64,000 nucleotides of DNA, taken from assembly GCA_024233545.1 (NCBI GenBank), contig JACKPL010000004.1, positions 153,391-217,390 of the forward strand, given 5' to 3'. The stretch is from a bacterium (lineage in GTDB: Bacteria > Auribacterota > Auribacteria > Auribacterales > Auribacteraceae). The translations under genes were made by a program, and so were the position numbers. The notes under the pieces are model-generated. The model was not told the DNA's origin. It made no database searches and saw nothing but the letters and a program-made list of their open reading frames with translations. Below, piece after piece: positions 30,091 through 41,100 of the stretch. Position 1 is the first letter of the stretch, and the number at the start of each line of letters is the position of its first letter.

Positions 30091-33000
30091 GTCGGATTCG
30101 TATAATTCACATTTGAAATATCGAGCACCTGTAGTTGATGCCTGTATGCCGCCGTAAAAGCATACTGTCCGCGCACTTTAACATCATACACATTTCCATT
30201 TGTACCGAAATTATGAGTTCCGACATGAACAGGCTGAACCGGGTTCGCAATATAATACGTACCCAATCCGGAAGATGCGCGGGCAACATAGACAAAATCA
30301 CCTTGATAATCAATATTATGAGCGGCTGTCGTAGAGAAAGTACTTTGCGACCTGTTGATGAGATCAATCACCGCTAAACTTGAATTGTTTGCCACATACA
30401 TCCACTTCGGCGACACAGTTGTCGGTAAACTGGATTGATTCGTAACAGGATCACCGACCACATACACATCTTCTGCGGCAAATGATCCGCCGGTAACACT
30501 TCCATTGTTGTACAGACGGTATAATTCGCCCGAATTAGTGATTTCCCTGATAGCAAAAGTGGTAATGAGTTCAACAGGCGCAGTAATGGTGAAATTATCA
30601 CTGATATCTTCAGCACGCACTTTAAGCTCTGTAGTGTGGCCTGCATTCCCGGGGACAGTCAAGGAATACGAATAAGGAGTGGTTGTATCGGTAAACACTA
30701 ATGCACCGTCAACAAAGAATTCTACTGCGCTAATTAAACCGCTATCTTGTACATTCGCTTCAATTGACACCACTGATAGCCCTGCAATAACTTCTAACCC
30801 GTTAACCGGTGATGTTATTGTAACCGACGGCGCCGATAAGTCATCAGTCACCGCAAAAGACTTTTCAGCTAAGAGAGTTACATTGCCGTTAATATCCTGC
30901 ACTGCGCCCGATATCACGAGCGGAAGAGGAGGATTGCCCAAAGGCAATGGCACGTTTTGAATAGTGAACGGCGGTTTATTAAATAATGTTTGTACGCCGT
31001 TGACATTAACTGTAACAACCTGAATACCTAGATTGTCCTGAGCCGATATATCGACCGTAGTTGTTGTTCCTTCAAGGAGGAACTTATCATCGGTAGGCTG
31101 AATAATACTTATAACAGGAGATTCATTATCTTCCAAAACAGTAACAGCAACTTCCAGTGCTGATGTGAACGTAATATTTCCACCCAAATCAATAGCATTT
31201 GCATTGATAAGAAGCGTTGAAGGCCCGCTGTTCGGGGCAGTAAGATAATCGAATTGGAATGGAACAGTATTATCTACTGCGACCACTTCACCATTAACAA
31301 GAAATTCGATAGTAACGCCAGTATCATCTGTTGCAGAAGCGGTCAACAGGATTGAATTGCCTTCAATGACTTGAGTCGGCACAACGCTAACGGATTGAAT
31401 TTGCGGAGCTTCCAACTGGCCGCTGATAAGCCTCAGCAATCGTATTCCGCTGGTATCGTTAGCAATATATGCAATGTCGCCAACCACATCGATATCAATA
31501 GCATCAGCTCCGGTACTTGCATTTCCTACTAATGTCATCTCAAATGGATTCTCAACGTTAACCATTGCTATTCCATTTGTTCGGTCTGAAACAAAGGCGA
31601 TAGAACCGACAACATCCACGTATTGTGTTTGACTTAATCGATTAGGACCGGATAACTTGCGCGCCAATCCCATACCGATTAATTCTGCAGTTTGCTCTTT
31701 AAGCTGATATGACAACAAACCAATACCATAATCGGCAATATATACAATATTGTTATTGATACTGATTCCTCGCGCATCGCCGGAAGTGTCGTAGGTATTT
31801 TTTAATACCGGTGAACGAGGGTTACTTATATCGATTGTAGCCATACCATTTGTACCTTGAGTCAATATAAGCACATTACCTTGAATTGCTATTTTCTTCG
31901 GCCCTGTTACCGATATTTGCGAACCTGAAATTTCAAATGGCGTTGCAGGGTTATTTAAATCAAGCACGGTTAATTTATTTGCCGTTTCATCTGAAACAAA
32001 AGCAAACTGGCCGCGAACCTGTACATCATTAGCGCTTGAGAATATATTTCCCGTCTCGCCAATAAATTCCAATTCTTCATTTTCAAACCTGAAAATCACA
32101 AAATTCGTAGATGTTATTGCATATATTGTATTTTGAATGACTACCAGATCACTAATAGTATACGTTGCATCACTCGTAACAAGGCTGATATTGAGCGGAT
32201 CGGATATATTCAATACAACCAAGCCGCCTGCACCGTCAGCAACGAACGCATAATCGCCGACTACTCTCATATGAGTTGCATCAGTCGTCGGGAAATCAGC
32301 TAAAAATTCTGTACTAATGATAATATCAAGAGTAATCGGTGCAGATATTCCAACTTGCCCTACCGAATCGATCGCTTTAGCACGGATATCTACCACAGCG
32401 CTTCCCGTACCGTTTGGTATCTTGACTGTACCGGCATAAGGTGCAGTTGTATCGACTACTGATGCGCTGTCGTTATCCTGAACACCATCAACAAAAACGA
32501 AGAACCGAACGCTTTGTATTTGCCCGACATCGTCTGATGCATCTGCCGTTGCAGTAATTTCCGAACCGGACGCAACAACGGTATAAACAGGTGGAGAGGT
32601 CACAACCACATTCGGCGGCAAATCGCCCGTAATGGTTCCTGTAATAGTCACCACCGTACTAGAATCTCCTGCATCGTCTGTTGCGAAAACAGATATTGTC
32701 ATGGTCTCGCCTTCAGCTGTCGCAGGGATAGGATAATTACTCACTGTATACGGCGAAGAATTTCTCACAAATTGCTGAGTAATCGGCGCACCGGCTCCTT
32801 GAGATATCTCAATATCAATTGTAACTGATCCGATTAGCGGAATCTGGTTATTATTGACATCTTGGTCATACGCAAAAGCCTGAATGGTAAGAACATCACC
32901 TTCAGTAACCTCAAAACCATTAACCGGCGCAAGGAATCCCGCAATCGGCGGTATATTAGTTAGCGCGTTTACCGTTGCAGTGGCAGTACTGGACACCATC

Positions 33001-35108
33001 GTTTCATCAAATGCTGTTGCTGATACCGTTACAGAATAATTGCTTGATGCAACCGGCAATACAAACGATGCCGCATAGGGATACGTTGTATCATTCTGAT
33101 TAAACAGAATTGTACCGTTGTCATATTCTGCAGTAAAGGTTACGCCGTACACAGCAATATCATCTGTTGCCTGAGCACTGATCGTCACTGAATTACCCAT
33201 GAGCTGACGCGGCATAACCGATAAATTGGACAAGGTTGGCGCTTGATCGGAACGTTTGGATATTGTAACCGTCTCGGATGGCGAAACGTTTCCATTGATG
33301 TCGATTGCGGTTACCGAAGCGCTTGCTTCCGTTAATCCTGACGCCAAATGAGTCATTCCCAGTTTATTTTCCGCAACATCGAGAATGCTCTTATTCACTT
33401 TAATCATTGTGTACTGCCAGTTTTCACCCGGCACGAAGAACACCGTTTTGCCCGACAATGTTTGATTGAGTTTCCGAGCTGTCCCATCAAAATAATCGAA
33501 CATTGCACCACCGGGCGCTCCCTTAATATAATAGTTCTTAGACACATCAATCAAACTCACTGTAGGTGCACTTGTTCCGGGCGTAATACCGACAATACCT
33601 GTTACTGAATCGAAATCTTCATCGGTATTTGTTGTGCCATACGTAATCTGAATAAGCCCTGTTTTAAAGAGTGTTATCTCATAGTGGTTAATTGAACTTG
33701 TCGAACCATAGACACCTAAATAGAGGTGATAATAAAGGATTAACCTATCAGGATACTGCGCATATGCAACATACCGGTTATACGGAGATGAATATGCATA
33801 ATCCCACCATTGCTGGTCAAACACCGCTGATATGCGTGGACGGGTATTCAGGAAAGCATCTATTGATACTGTCTGGTCATTATCACCCTGAGCTTGGCTG
33901 GAATTGCCGCTAAAGGTCAAGAACCCGCTGTTATGAATGTAAACCGTCGAATACGTAGTACCGTAAAATGGGAATGTAAACCCTTGGCTAAAATTAAGAG
34001 TCATTGGGTTTGTATCATAATAATAACCTGTTAAATTTCGGGCAATACCTAAATATCCAACCTCACTGACCACATCGTTGAAGGTTCCGGTCAAGTCAAC
34101 GCCTTGCGCTGAGAGGGTGTAATCAACAACCTTAATATTATCGGTTGCAGTTGCCATTACCAGCATTGACGATCCGTCAACAAACTGTTGGCTCGTCGGT
34201 AAAATTACAGAAACAGAAGGCGGATCGAAGTCTTGTAACCGATTGATAGTCCGAGTTGCAATCGCCACATTGCCATTGATATCAACCGCTCGTACCGTAA
34301 ATACCACTTGCTGAGGATCAACCGGGCCTTGTTCGATTTCATGTGCCAACTGTAATGAAATCGGTTGTGCAGTAGGCACAGCGTTGTATATCTCAACATT
34401 ATTCGCTGAAATAATTATGTGCTCAACAGTAAGGTTATCACTGGCATCAATGTTGAGATTAACAATCGTTCCTTCAAAGAAATTTTCATTTTCGGACGGT
34501 GTATTGATTGCAATAGAAGGAATCTGGTTATCCATCAATGTTGCAAACGATATCGGATCAGCAAGATCACTTTCCATACCGGAAAGATTTATCGCGCGCG
34601 CAGTATACTCATATGGTATTCCTGCCGATCCCGGAGCGGTAAGATGATAAAATTCATAGGGTGCTTTATTCGCTATGCCCGCAGGCTCACCGTTAACAAA
34701 GAATTCTACTGTGATATTGCCCGGCACATCAGGCACTGCTGTAATTATCGCAGTCTCGCCTTCAATAACATCGGTATCATCAATCTGCATTGTTAAGGAC
34801 GGCACTGCGGTTTCACCGAAATCAAGCCTTGCAATCATGAGGTAAGAATTAGTCAGTGGCGATATCAAATAGTTTCCTACTATTTTCATTTCACGCAAAT
34901 CATTGCCGACACCAAGTTCGCTATGTGACAAGGCATTGATCTGTTCAATATCACTCGGATTCGAAACATCATACACAATCAGCCGATTTCCACTGTCATC
35001 ATTTTGGAATAAATACTGCCCGATAACTTCAATGGTGCGCACTTGGAAAGCGCCTGTTGCACAACCGGCTTGAGTCAACGTATTTTTATTTAAATATATA
35101 CGCCTTCC
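29946..35108 (-). CDS. Giant-gene segment 2, 1710 aa from a TTG at 35078, with the frame open to 35108. It has LVIVD beta-propeller repeats, tandem Ig-like domains and no signal peptide. Its last ~45 codons (below about 30087) look out of frame relative to bridging segment 3.
   Basis: ORF translation. LVIVD repeats include AIQGNVLILTQGTNGMATIDISNPRSPVL, IVYIADYGIGLLSYQL, QYAFTAAYRHQLQVLDISNVNYTNP. Confidence 0.8.
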   Translation of the reverse strand, partial: GRRIYLNKNTLTQAGCATGAFQVRTIEVIGQYLFQNDDSGNRLIVYDVSNPSDIEQINALSHSELGVGNDLREMKIVGNYLISPLTNSYLMIARLDFGETAVPSLTMQIDDTDVIEGETAIITAVPDVPGNITVEFFVNGEPAGIANKAPYEFYHLTAPGSAGIPYEYTARAINLSGMESDLADPISFATLMDNQIPSIAINTPSENENFFEGTIVNLNIDASDNLTVEHIIISANNVEIYNAVPTAQPISLQLAHEIEQGPVDPQQVVFTVRAVDINGNVAIATRTINRLQDFDPPSVSVILPTSQQFVDGSSMLVMATATDNIKVVDYTLSAQGVDLTGTFNDVVSEVGYLGIARNLTGYYYDTNPMTLNFSQGFTFPFYGTTYSTVYIHNSGFLTFSGNSSQAQGDNDQTVSIDAFLNTRPRISAVFDQQWWDYAYSSPYNRYVAYAQYPDRLILYYHLYLGVYGSTSSINHYEITLFKTGLIQITYGTTNTDEDFDSVTGIVGITPGTSAPTVSLIDVSKNYYIKGAPGGAMFDYFDGTARKLNQTLSGKTVFFVPGENWQYTMIKVNKSILDVAENKLGMTHLASGLTEASASVTAIDINGNVSPSETVTISKRSDQAPTLSNLSVMPRQLMGNSVTISAQATDDIAVYGVTFTAEYDNGTILFNQNDTTYPYAASFVLPVASSNYSVTVSATAFDETMVSSTATATVNALTNIPPIAGFLAPVNGFEVTEGDVLTIQAFAYDQDVNNNQIPLIGSVTIDIEISQGAGAPITQQFVRNSSPYTVSNYPIPATAEGETMTISVFATDDAGDSSTVVTITGTITGDLPPNVVVTSPPVYTVVASGSEITATADASDDVGQIQSVRFFVFVDGVQDNDSASVVDTTAPYAGTVKIPNGTGSAVVDIRAKAIDSVGQVGISAPITLDIIISTEFLADFPTTDATHMRVVGDYAFVADGAGGLVVLNISDPLNISLVTSDATYTISDLVVIQNTIYAITSTNFVIFRFENEELEFIGETGNIFSSANDVQVRGQFAFVSDETANKLTVLDLNNPATPFEISGSQISVTGPKKIAIQGNVLILTQGTNGMATIDISNPRSPVLKNTYDTSGDARGISINNNIVYIADYGIGLLSYQLKEQTAELIGMGLARKLSGPNRLSQTQYVDVVGSIAFVSDRTNGIAMVNVENPFEMTLVGNASTGADAIDIDVVGDIAYIANDTSGIRLLRLISGQLEAPQIQSVSVVPTQVIEGNSILLTASATDDTGVTIEFLVNGEVVAVDNTVPFQFDYLTAPNSGPSTLLINANAIDLGGNITFTSALEVAVTVLEDNESPVISIIQPTDDKFLLEGTTTTVDISAQDNLGIQVVTVNVNGVQTLFNKPPFTIQNVPLPLGNPPLPLVISGAVQDINGNVTLLAEKSFAVTDDLSAPSVTITSPVNGLEVIAGLSVVSIEANVQDSGLISAVEFFVDGALVFTDTTTPYSYSLTVPGNAGHTTELKVRAEDISDNFTITAPVELITTFAIREITNSGELYRLYNNGSVTGGSFAAEDVYVVGDPVTNQSSLPTTVSPKWMYVANNSSLAVIDLINRSQSTFSTTAAHNIDYQGDFVYVARASSGLGTYYIANPVQPVHVGTHNFGTNGNVYDVKVRGQYAFTAAYRHQLQVLDISNVNYTNPTVPTLSYRYVGERNTTAVKPAHIMHLVYGWKAIWHIGQVSIPIRISHC

Positions 35109-38100
35109 TCATTTGCGGCCGCATAGAGGTAATTGCCGTTAATTTCTATGTCGCGAATATTTTTACCACTTAATGCAGTAGTTACAAACACTGGAACCGG
35201 ACCGTTGGCAATACTATAAATCTTAACGCCATCGCCACTGGTTGCAATATAAAGTTTGTCTTCCGAATACAATACTCGTGTATAAGTGTAGCTACCATTC
35301 CTCGATAGATGCGAAATAATCTGAGGCATCGTGGGTCTAATCAAATCTATTGTATACAAGCCGTCATCATAATCCGCTATATATGCATAACGTCCGACAA
35401 CTGCCATGGATAAGGTATCATCACCAAGAGCATCGATATTGCCTAATGTACTCAATTTTGCATAATCATCGGTGATAAACTTAAATGTCTCTAAGCCTCC
35501 ATCATATGACGCAACATAGATTTTTCCATTCGCAATGCTCGAATCATAATAGGTATTGCTCGTGCTCAGCGTTTTCACTATTGATACAGGAAGGTAGACA
35601 AAACCATTCTGATCATAATACTCAACTTCCATATTCGGAGCAGGAACAAAATTGTTGTGATTCGCGCCGGTAATAATTGTCTCTATGTAATCGATAACAA
35701 TATTCCCCGGATTAGTGAAGTTAATGTTAATAACACCGTCTTCAAACGAAGGCATGAGCGATGCAGGAACGTTTAGCGTAGACAACGTTATACTGCCATC
35801 CGGTAAACTGATCGACTGGAATGACTTCAATTTATCCGAAAGGTTAGTATTCTCAACCTTGATTGTGTTTTGGTCTCGTTCGCTATTTTCCACATCGCCG
35901 GCGAGGACTTTTATCTGAGCGTATAATGGCGTAATGCCAGCAAGTGAAAATCCCTGAACCGCAGTGAAGGCACCTGAAAATAACCAACCATCGGTATATG
36001 TTGGGTCGGTCGCCTCGGCATTCGTAAAGAAATCGTTGGGATAACTTACCGCGCCGTCAATATCAAAGTCAGGCAAAACTCCGCCTTCTGCAAGCGGCGG
36101 AATAAAGCCGAAACCGTCTTTATCTCCTGACAAAACTACTACTTGCGTTAGCGAATCTGTACTTACTAGCAGTTCAAAATTTTTCAATTGATGCCCCGAT
36201 CCATACGGTTGATGGATACGAATCCTGCTTAAATCGATCGGCTGGCTAAAATACCACCATGCCGTTTGATCAACAAAATTCGGACTCCTTGCCCACCCAT
36301 TCCCTGAAGAAGCGATAACGCCATCATATGTCTCAGAAAGCGGATAGCCGCTTTGCTCAAAAGTTGCTCGCGAATATGCTATGCCAACTGGTGTTTCGCT
36401 AAATTCACTCAAGAATTCTATTTCGCCTAATACGAAATTATTATTTGAAGCAAACGTATTGATAACACGCAGTTTAACCATACCCGCATTAGGAATGGTG
36501 TCAAACGCAATTTCGATATATCCGGCGCCCGGATCAACGGGAACGGTAATCAACCCGCCGTTTATTTCCACATCTTTTTGAGCGTAATTTGCCACTCTAA
36601 CTGCACTGCCCGACCCAAAGGTTATATAGTCACGGTTTGCATCAAGCAATTCGAGGGTACTGGTACTCACTTGATTGACCACTTGTATGCCAACCACAAT
36701 TTCAATAATATAGGTTATAGTTTCACGGACATGCGGCACTGGCGGATGCGTATCAATCACGCGCGCTTTTACCCCAATCAACTCGCCTATTCTATCTGAA
36801 GGTATGCGGAACGAACCGCTCGTATCGAACAATTTATACTGGCTTGAACTCGGCGTTTTTACAGAAACAATGTGTTCTTCTAAATTTCCATCACTATTGC
36901 TGTCAAACGGATCATTCACCACCAGAAATTCGACACGAGCCATGCGCACATCATCGGAGGCGCTCACCGAGAAAGTACCGAATGCTCCTGCTGAGAACTT
37001 GTTATCATCAGGAAGATTGGTGAAGTTAATCGATGGAGGCGCATCGGCAAGAAGATTTACCGTAATCGGGTCTGACGGCATAGATTGCGAAGAATTGTCA
37101 ACCGCAACCGCATGCAACAACGCTTTACGCGACAACGTCGGATGAGAACCGCCCGACAATCCGAATCCATTGATTGAATAGTTCACGCCATTATCGGTAA
37201 CCGTTCCACTTATTTGATCAAGAGACGAATTCAATTGTAAACTCATTGCACTAATTTGATGGAGCGCATTATTAAGGATAAAGGTGATCGGCTCTACCAA
37301 TGATAGCGAATTATTTGTATTGTATTTTACTCGAGCATTTATGACAGTATTATTACCGCCAGATGACAACGTCATTCTTAAATCTGCTAAGCTGTTATAC
37401 TGTATAACTTGAATTGATGGTACAGCCAATAACGGCCATGATGTTGTGCCGGTGTACGTACCTGAGAAGTTGGGTGCGTAAATCGGCATAGCAATAGTTG
37501 CAATATAGAGATTCCCGCTGGAGGCGCTTGTATCTACTCCTTTATATTCATTATCAGCATAAAAATCAACTCGCGACATACCACGGTCATCTGTAGCGAC
37601 AGCACGTACTTCAATACTTGAACCTTCAAATGCATTCGAATTCGATGCCGGTTGAGTCATGCTCACTACTGGCGGATCATCATCATCAATATCAATCCGC
37701 ATTGCACTAGATTGTACTGTATGAGCCGCCACATCAACCGAACCGCCATAGTTATCTCGCAATTTCACATACACCGTAAAATATTTAACGGCCGGACTCT
37801 GAATTTCAGGAGCAGTAGCAGTATACCTAAAGTAACTCGCGCTATATCCTGAACTCGTCGATGAATCACGTCCTAGATAGATATCATTATCCCATTCAGA
37901 ACCATTCCATACATTCATATAGAAATCGCAATAATTGAACCAGCGGTCGTCATTCTTCGGTGAACTTACCACAAAATCAATGTTGAAGCTATTAAACTCT
38001 TTGACACTCGCCGGTAAACGGAATTCATCGCCGACGATGACAGGCGGTTCATCTCTTTTTACAAGCAACTGCCGAGTGATAGGTTGAATATGCCACACAT

Positions 38101-41100
38101 TATATCCATCTCTCACACGTGCCTCAATGATATCAACACGCGTTGCAACAGTCGGCAACCATCCCGGAGAATAACTCCAACTGCTTGATGCACTGAACGT
38201 TGAAGAAGCAGTATAGCCCCATGCCGCTTTTTGTGAACCGTTGATCCAGATTTCTGTTCGGTTTATACCGCCGGTAGAATCAGGGTCGGTAGCGCTTATC
38301 GCAATTGTAAAGGAGTTTCCTTCAATAACCGATTGCGCATCGTTTGCCGGTGCAGTAATTGTCACAACAGGAGGCAAATCATCGGTTACTGTTACGGCTA
38401 CAGACGGAGCCCATGGATTTCCTGTTTGACCGATGCTGTCAATAGCATAGGCGCTGACATGAATCGTAGCAGGAGCAATTCCAAATGGTACCGTGTAATT
38501 ATAATCATAGGGCGACGATGTATCAGTTTTGACGACAGTACCGTCAACAGTAAATACTACAGATTGTATTCCGACATCATCGGTAGCGGTAGCCTGCATT
38601 AGTATTTTACCGCCCTCGATCACTAGAGTACCACTACTGAATGCAGTGATAACTGGTTTTGCGTCAAGCACAACTTCGCCTGACACTGACGCCAATGCAA
38701 TATTTCCAGCCGCATCAACAATTTTAACATTAACTACAGCAGGGCCATTAGGCGTCGCATTGGGCACAGTATAGTTTTTATTAAAGGTAAACCTGAATTC
38801 ATTCGTTGGATCCTGTACTAACGTCACTCCGGTAATCTGAACCGTATTGAAACTGACTGTAATCGAATCGAGCAACCGATCACCGGTTACTGATCCGCTA
38901 ATATTCAACACTGCTCCTTGTTTAATGGAAAAACTGCTCGCAGGCGTTGCTAATACGATTGTTGGAGGAGTTGTGTCTTCTTGCCGGGTAATCGTTATCA
39001 GTTGTGACGGCGAAACATTTCCGTTAATGTCAGTTGCAATAACGTCAAACTCAATGATTGACGATGGCGTTCCACCGATAACCGGTACTTCATATACAAG
39101 AGAAATATCGTTAAACGGCGGAGCACCGAATAATGCAAAAGTATCATTATCTATAAGAATTTCAATCTGTTGCACAGCTACATTATCAAGAATATTTGTC
39201 ACATTGATATTGTACTTTAACCCTTCGGTATATGTTAAACCATGAACAGGGTTTACAATAGTAAATGTCGGCGGTTCCATATCCGGAACAGAAAGAATTG
39301 TTATAGGATCAGAGTCAACAGAATTTCCTGCAACATTGCGCGCACGGGCAAAGATTTCAAAGACCGTTCCCGCAGTATCAACCGGAATAGGCAGATGCAT
39401 AATTGCCGGCTCAGACCAATCATCTATATGCGCTAATTGCCCATTTACATAGAATTCAACCATCGCATCGGGATCATTCAAGCCTTGTGCAATAACCTCA
39501 ATATCAGTTCCCTCACTTGCATTTGAGCCGCTCGCCGGAACAGTAATTTGTAGTCCCGAAAGGATTGTGGAATCACCAAAATCTGCATTATATAAATAGA
39601 ATCGGTTTCCTGCTTTGATAAAAATCATATTGCCCAGTAAATAGCTGTCAACAACAGGATTATTTAACTTCATGAGGCCTAGGCTCTCGAGCGATTCTGT
39701 GGCAAGTACCTCAATTTCTCCCGAACTTAGCGTGACAAGCGAATGATATCCTCCAACAACCATATCAATGCCCGAACCTGCAAGGTTTAAGAAATTGTTT
39801 AACGAAAGATCGACATCTCTAAGAAGCAAATAATTATCATCAAACAATACTTGCATTTCATCGCCAATAAGTTTTAAGTGGCTTAAGGACGAAACACCGA
39901 TTTCATTCATATTTTTTGTGTACAATGAAATAGGATTTATCGGGTTTGTGATGTCATACACATTTATTGCATGTGGTTCTCCAACATATAGACTGCCGAA
40001 TTCTACTGCAACAGGCGAAATAGAATCGTTTTCAAATTCCACAAACGGCTGAGTTAACGATTTAATATTAACCACTTTCAAACCTTCGCTTGTCGCAACA
40101 TATACAAAGTTCCCTGCAGGCAGGATTGAGTGAATCGTAGGCAATGCAAGGGATGATATGATATGGCTATTGCCGCTCCAACCTGTTTGAGGGTTGCGCG
40201 CATCGATGATTACTAATTGCTGTGCAAGCACAACCAAGAGATATCCATGCTCATAAACCATATCTTTTATCGTACCGGCAACAGTACAACTCCCCACCAA
40301 ACCAGGAATAAATTTAGGTGTTGTACTCTCAACTTCAAGCACTTGCCCGACAAGATTCGTTACAGGTATAAAAGTTGCACCATCGGTACTTACTTCTATG
40401 CTTATATCTTTGATTCGCGAATTTTGTACTGAAGCATATTGGAATAAATCAATGCGGTTAACAGATGTAAGGTTTGTAACCGTATATGTTCCAACTGATT
40501 GAGGGAAGCCGCCCCATCCATTGTCCGTTGAATTTATTCCTTTATTTCCATCGATTGATTCGCTTATCACAAACCCCTGTTTATTTGAATTTGCGACAGA
40601 GAAAAGGAAATTAATTTTCGTACCGGATGTATTAAATGCTTCTATTTCGCTTAAGATAAAATCACTAAATGTATTATTTATTCTTAAACGAATCATCAAT
40701 ACATTGTCAACAGCATCGAAATTCAAGCGATATAAACTCTGGCCCGGATCATAATCAACAGTCATACGGTTATTTTCAAAATGAACCGCATCATTTGTTA
40801 TATCAACTGCTTTAATTTTGCTGCCGTCCGCGACAAAAACAATATTACCTGCTGGAGCAATTCCTTTGCCGGAAGCAGAATCCAACGCCACAGTATTGAG
40901 TTCTTTTAAACTCAAACCGATAGCAATCGTAACTTCAGCCGATGTTGTTGATGTATACCGGTCATATGCCACACCCTTTAAATTGACCGTTGAACCAAAT
41001 GGCTTTGCAGGAAGCATACCCTGAGCAACCCACTCGCCGCCTATCAACGAGGCTGTTCCGATAACTGCGTTATCAGCAAGCAACTCTACCTTTTCAATAC

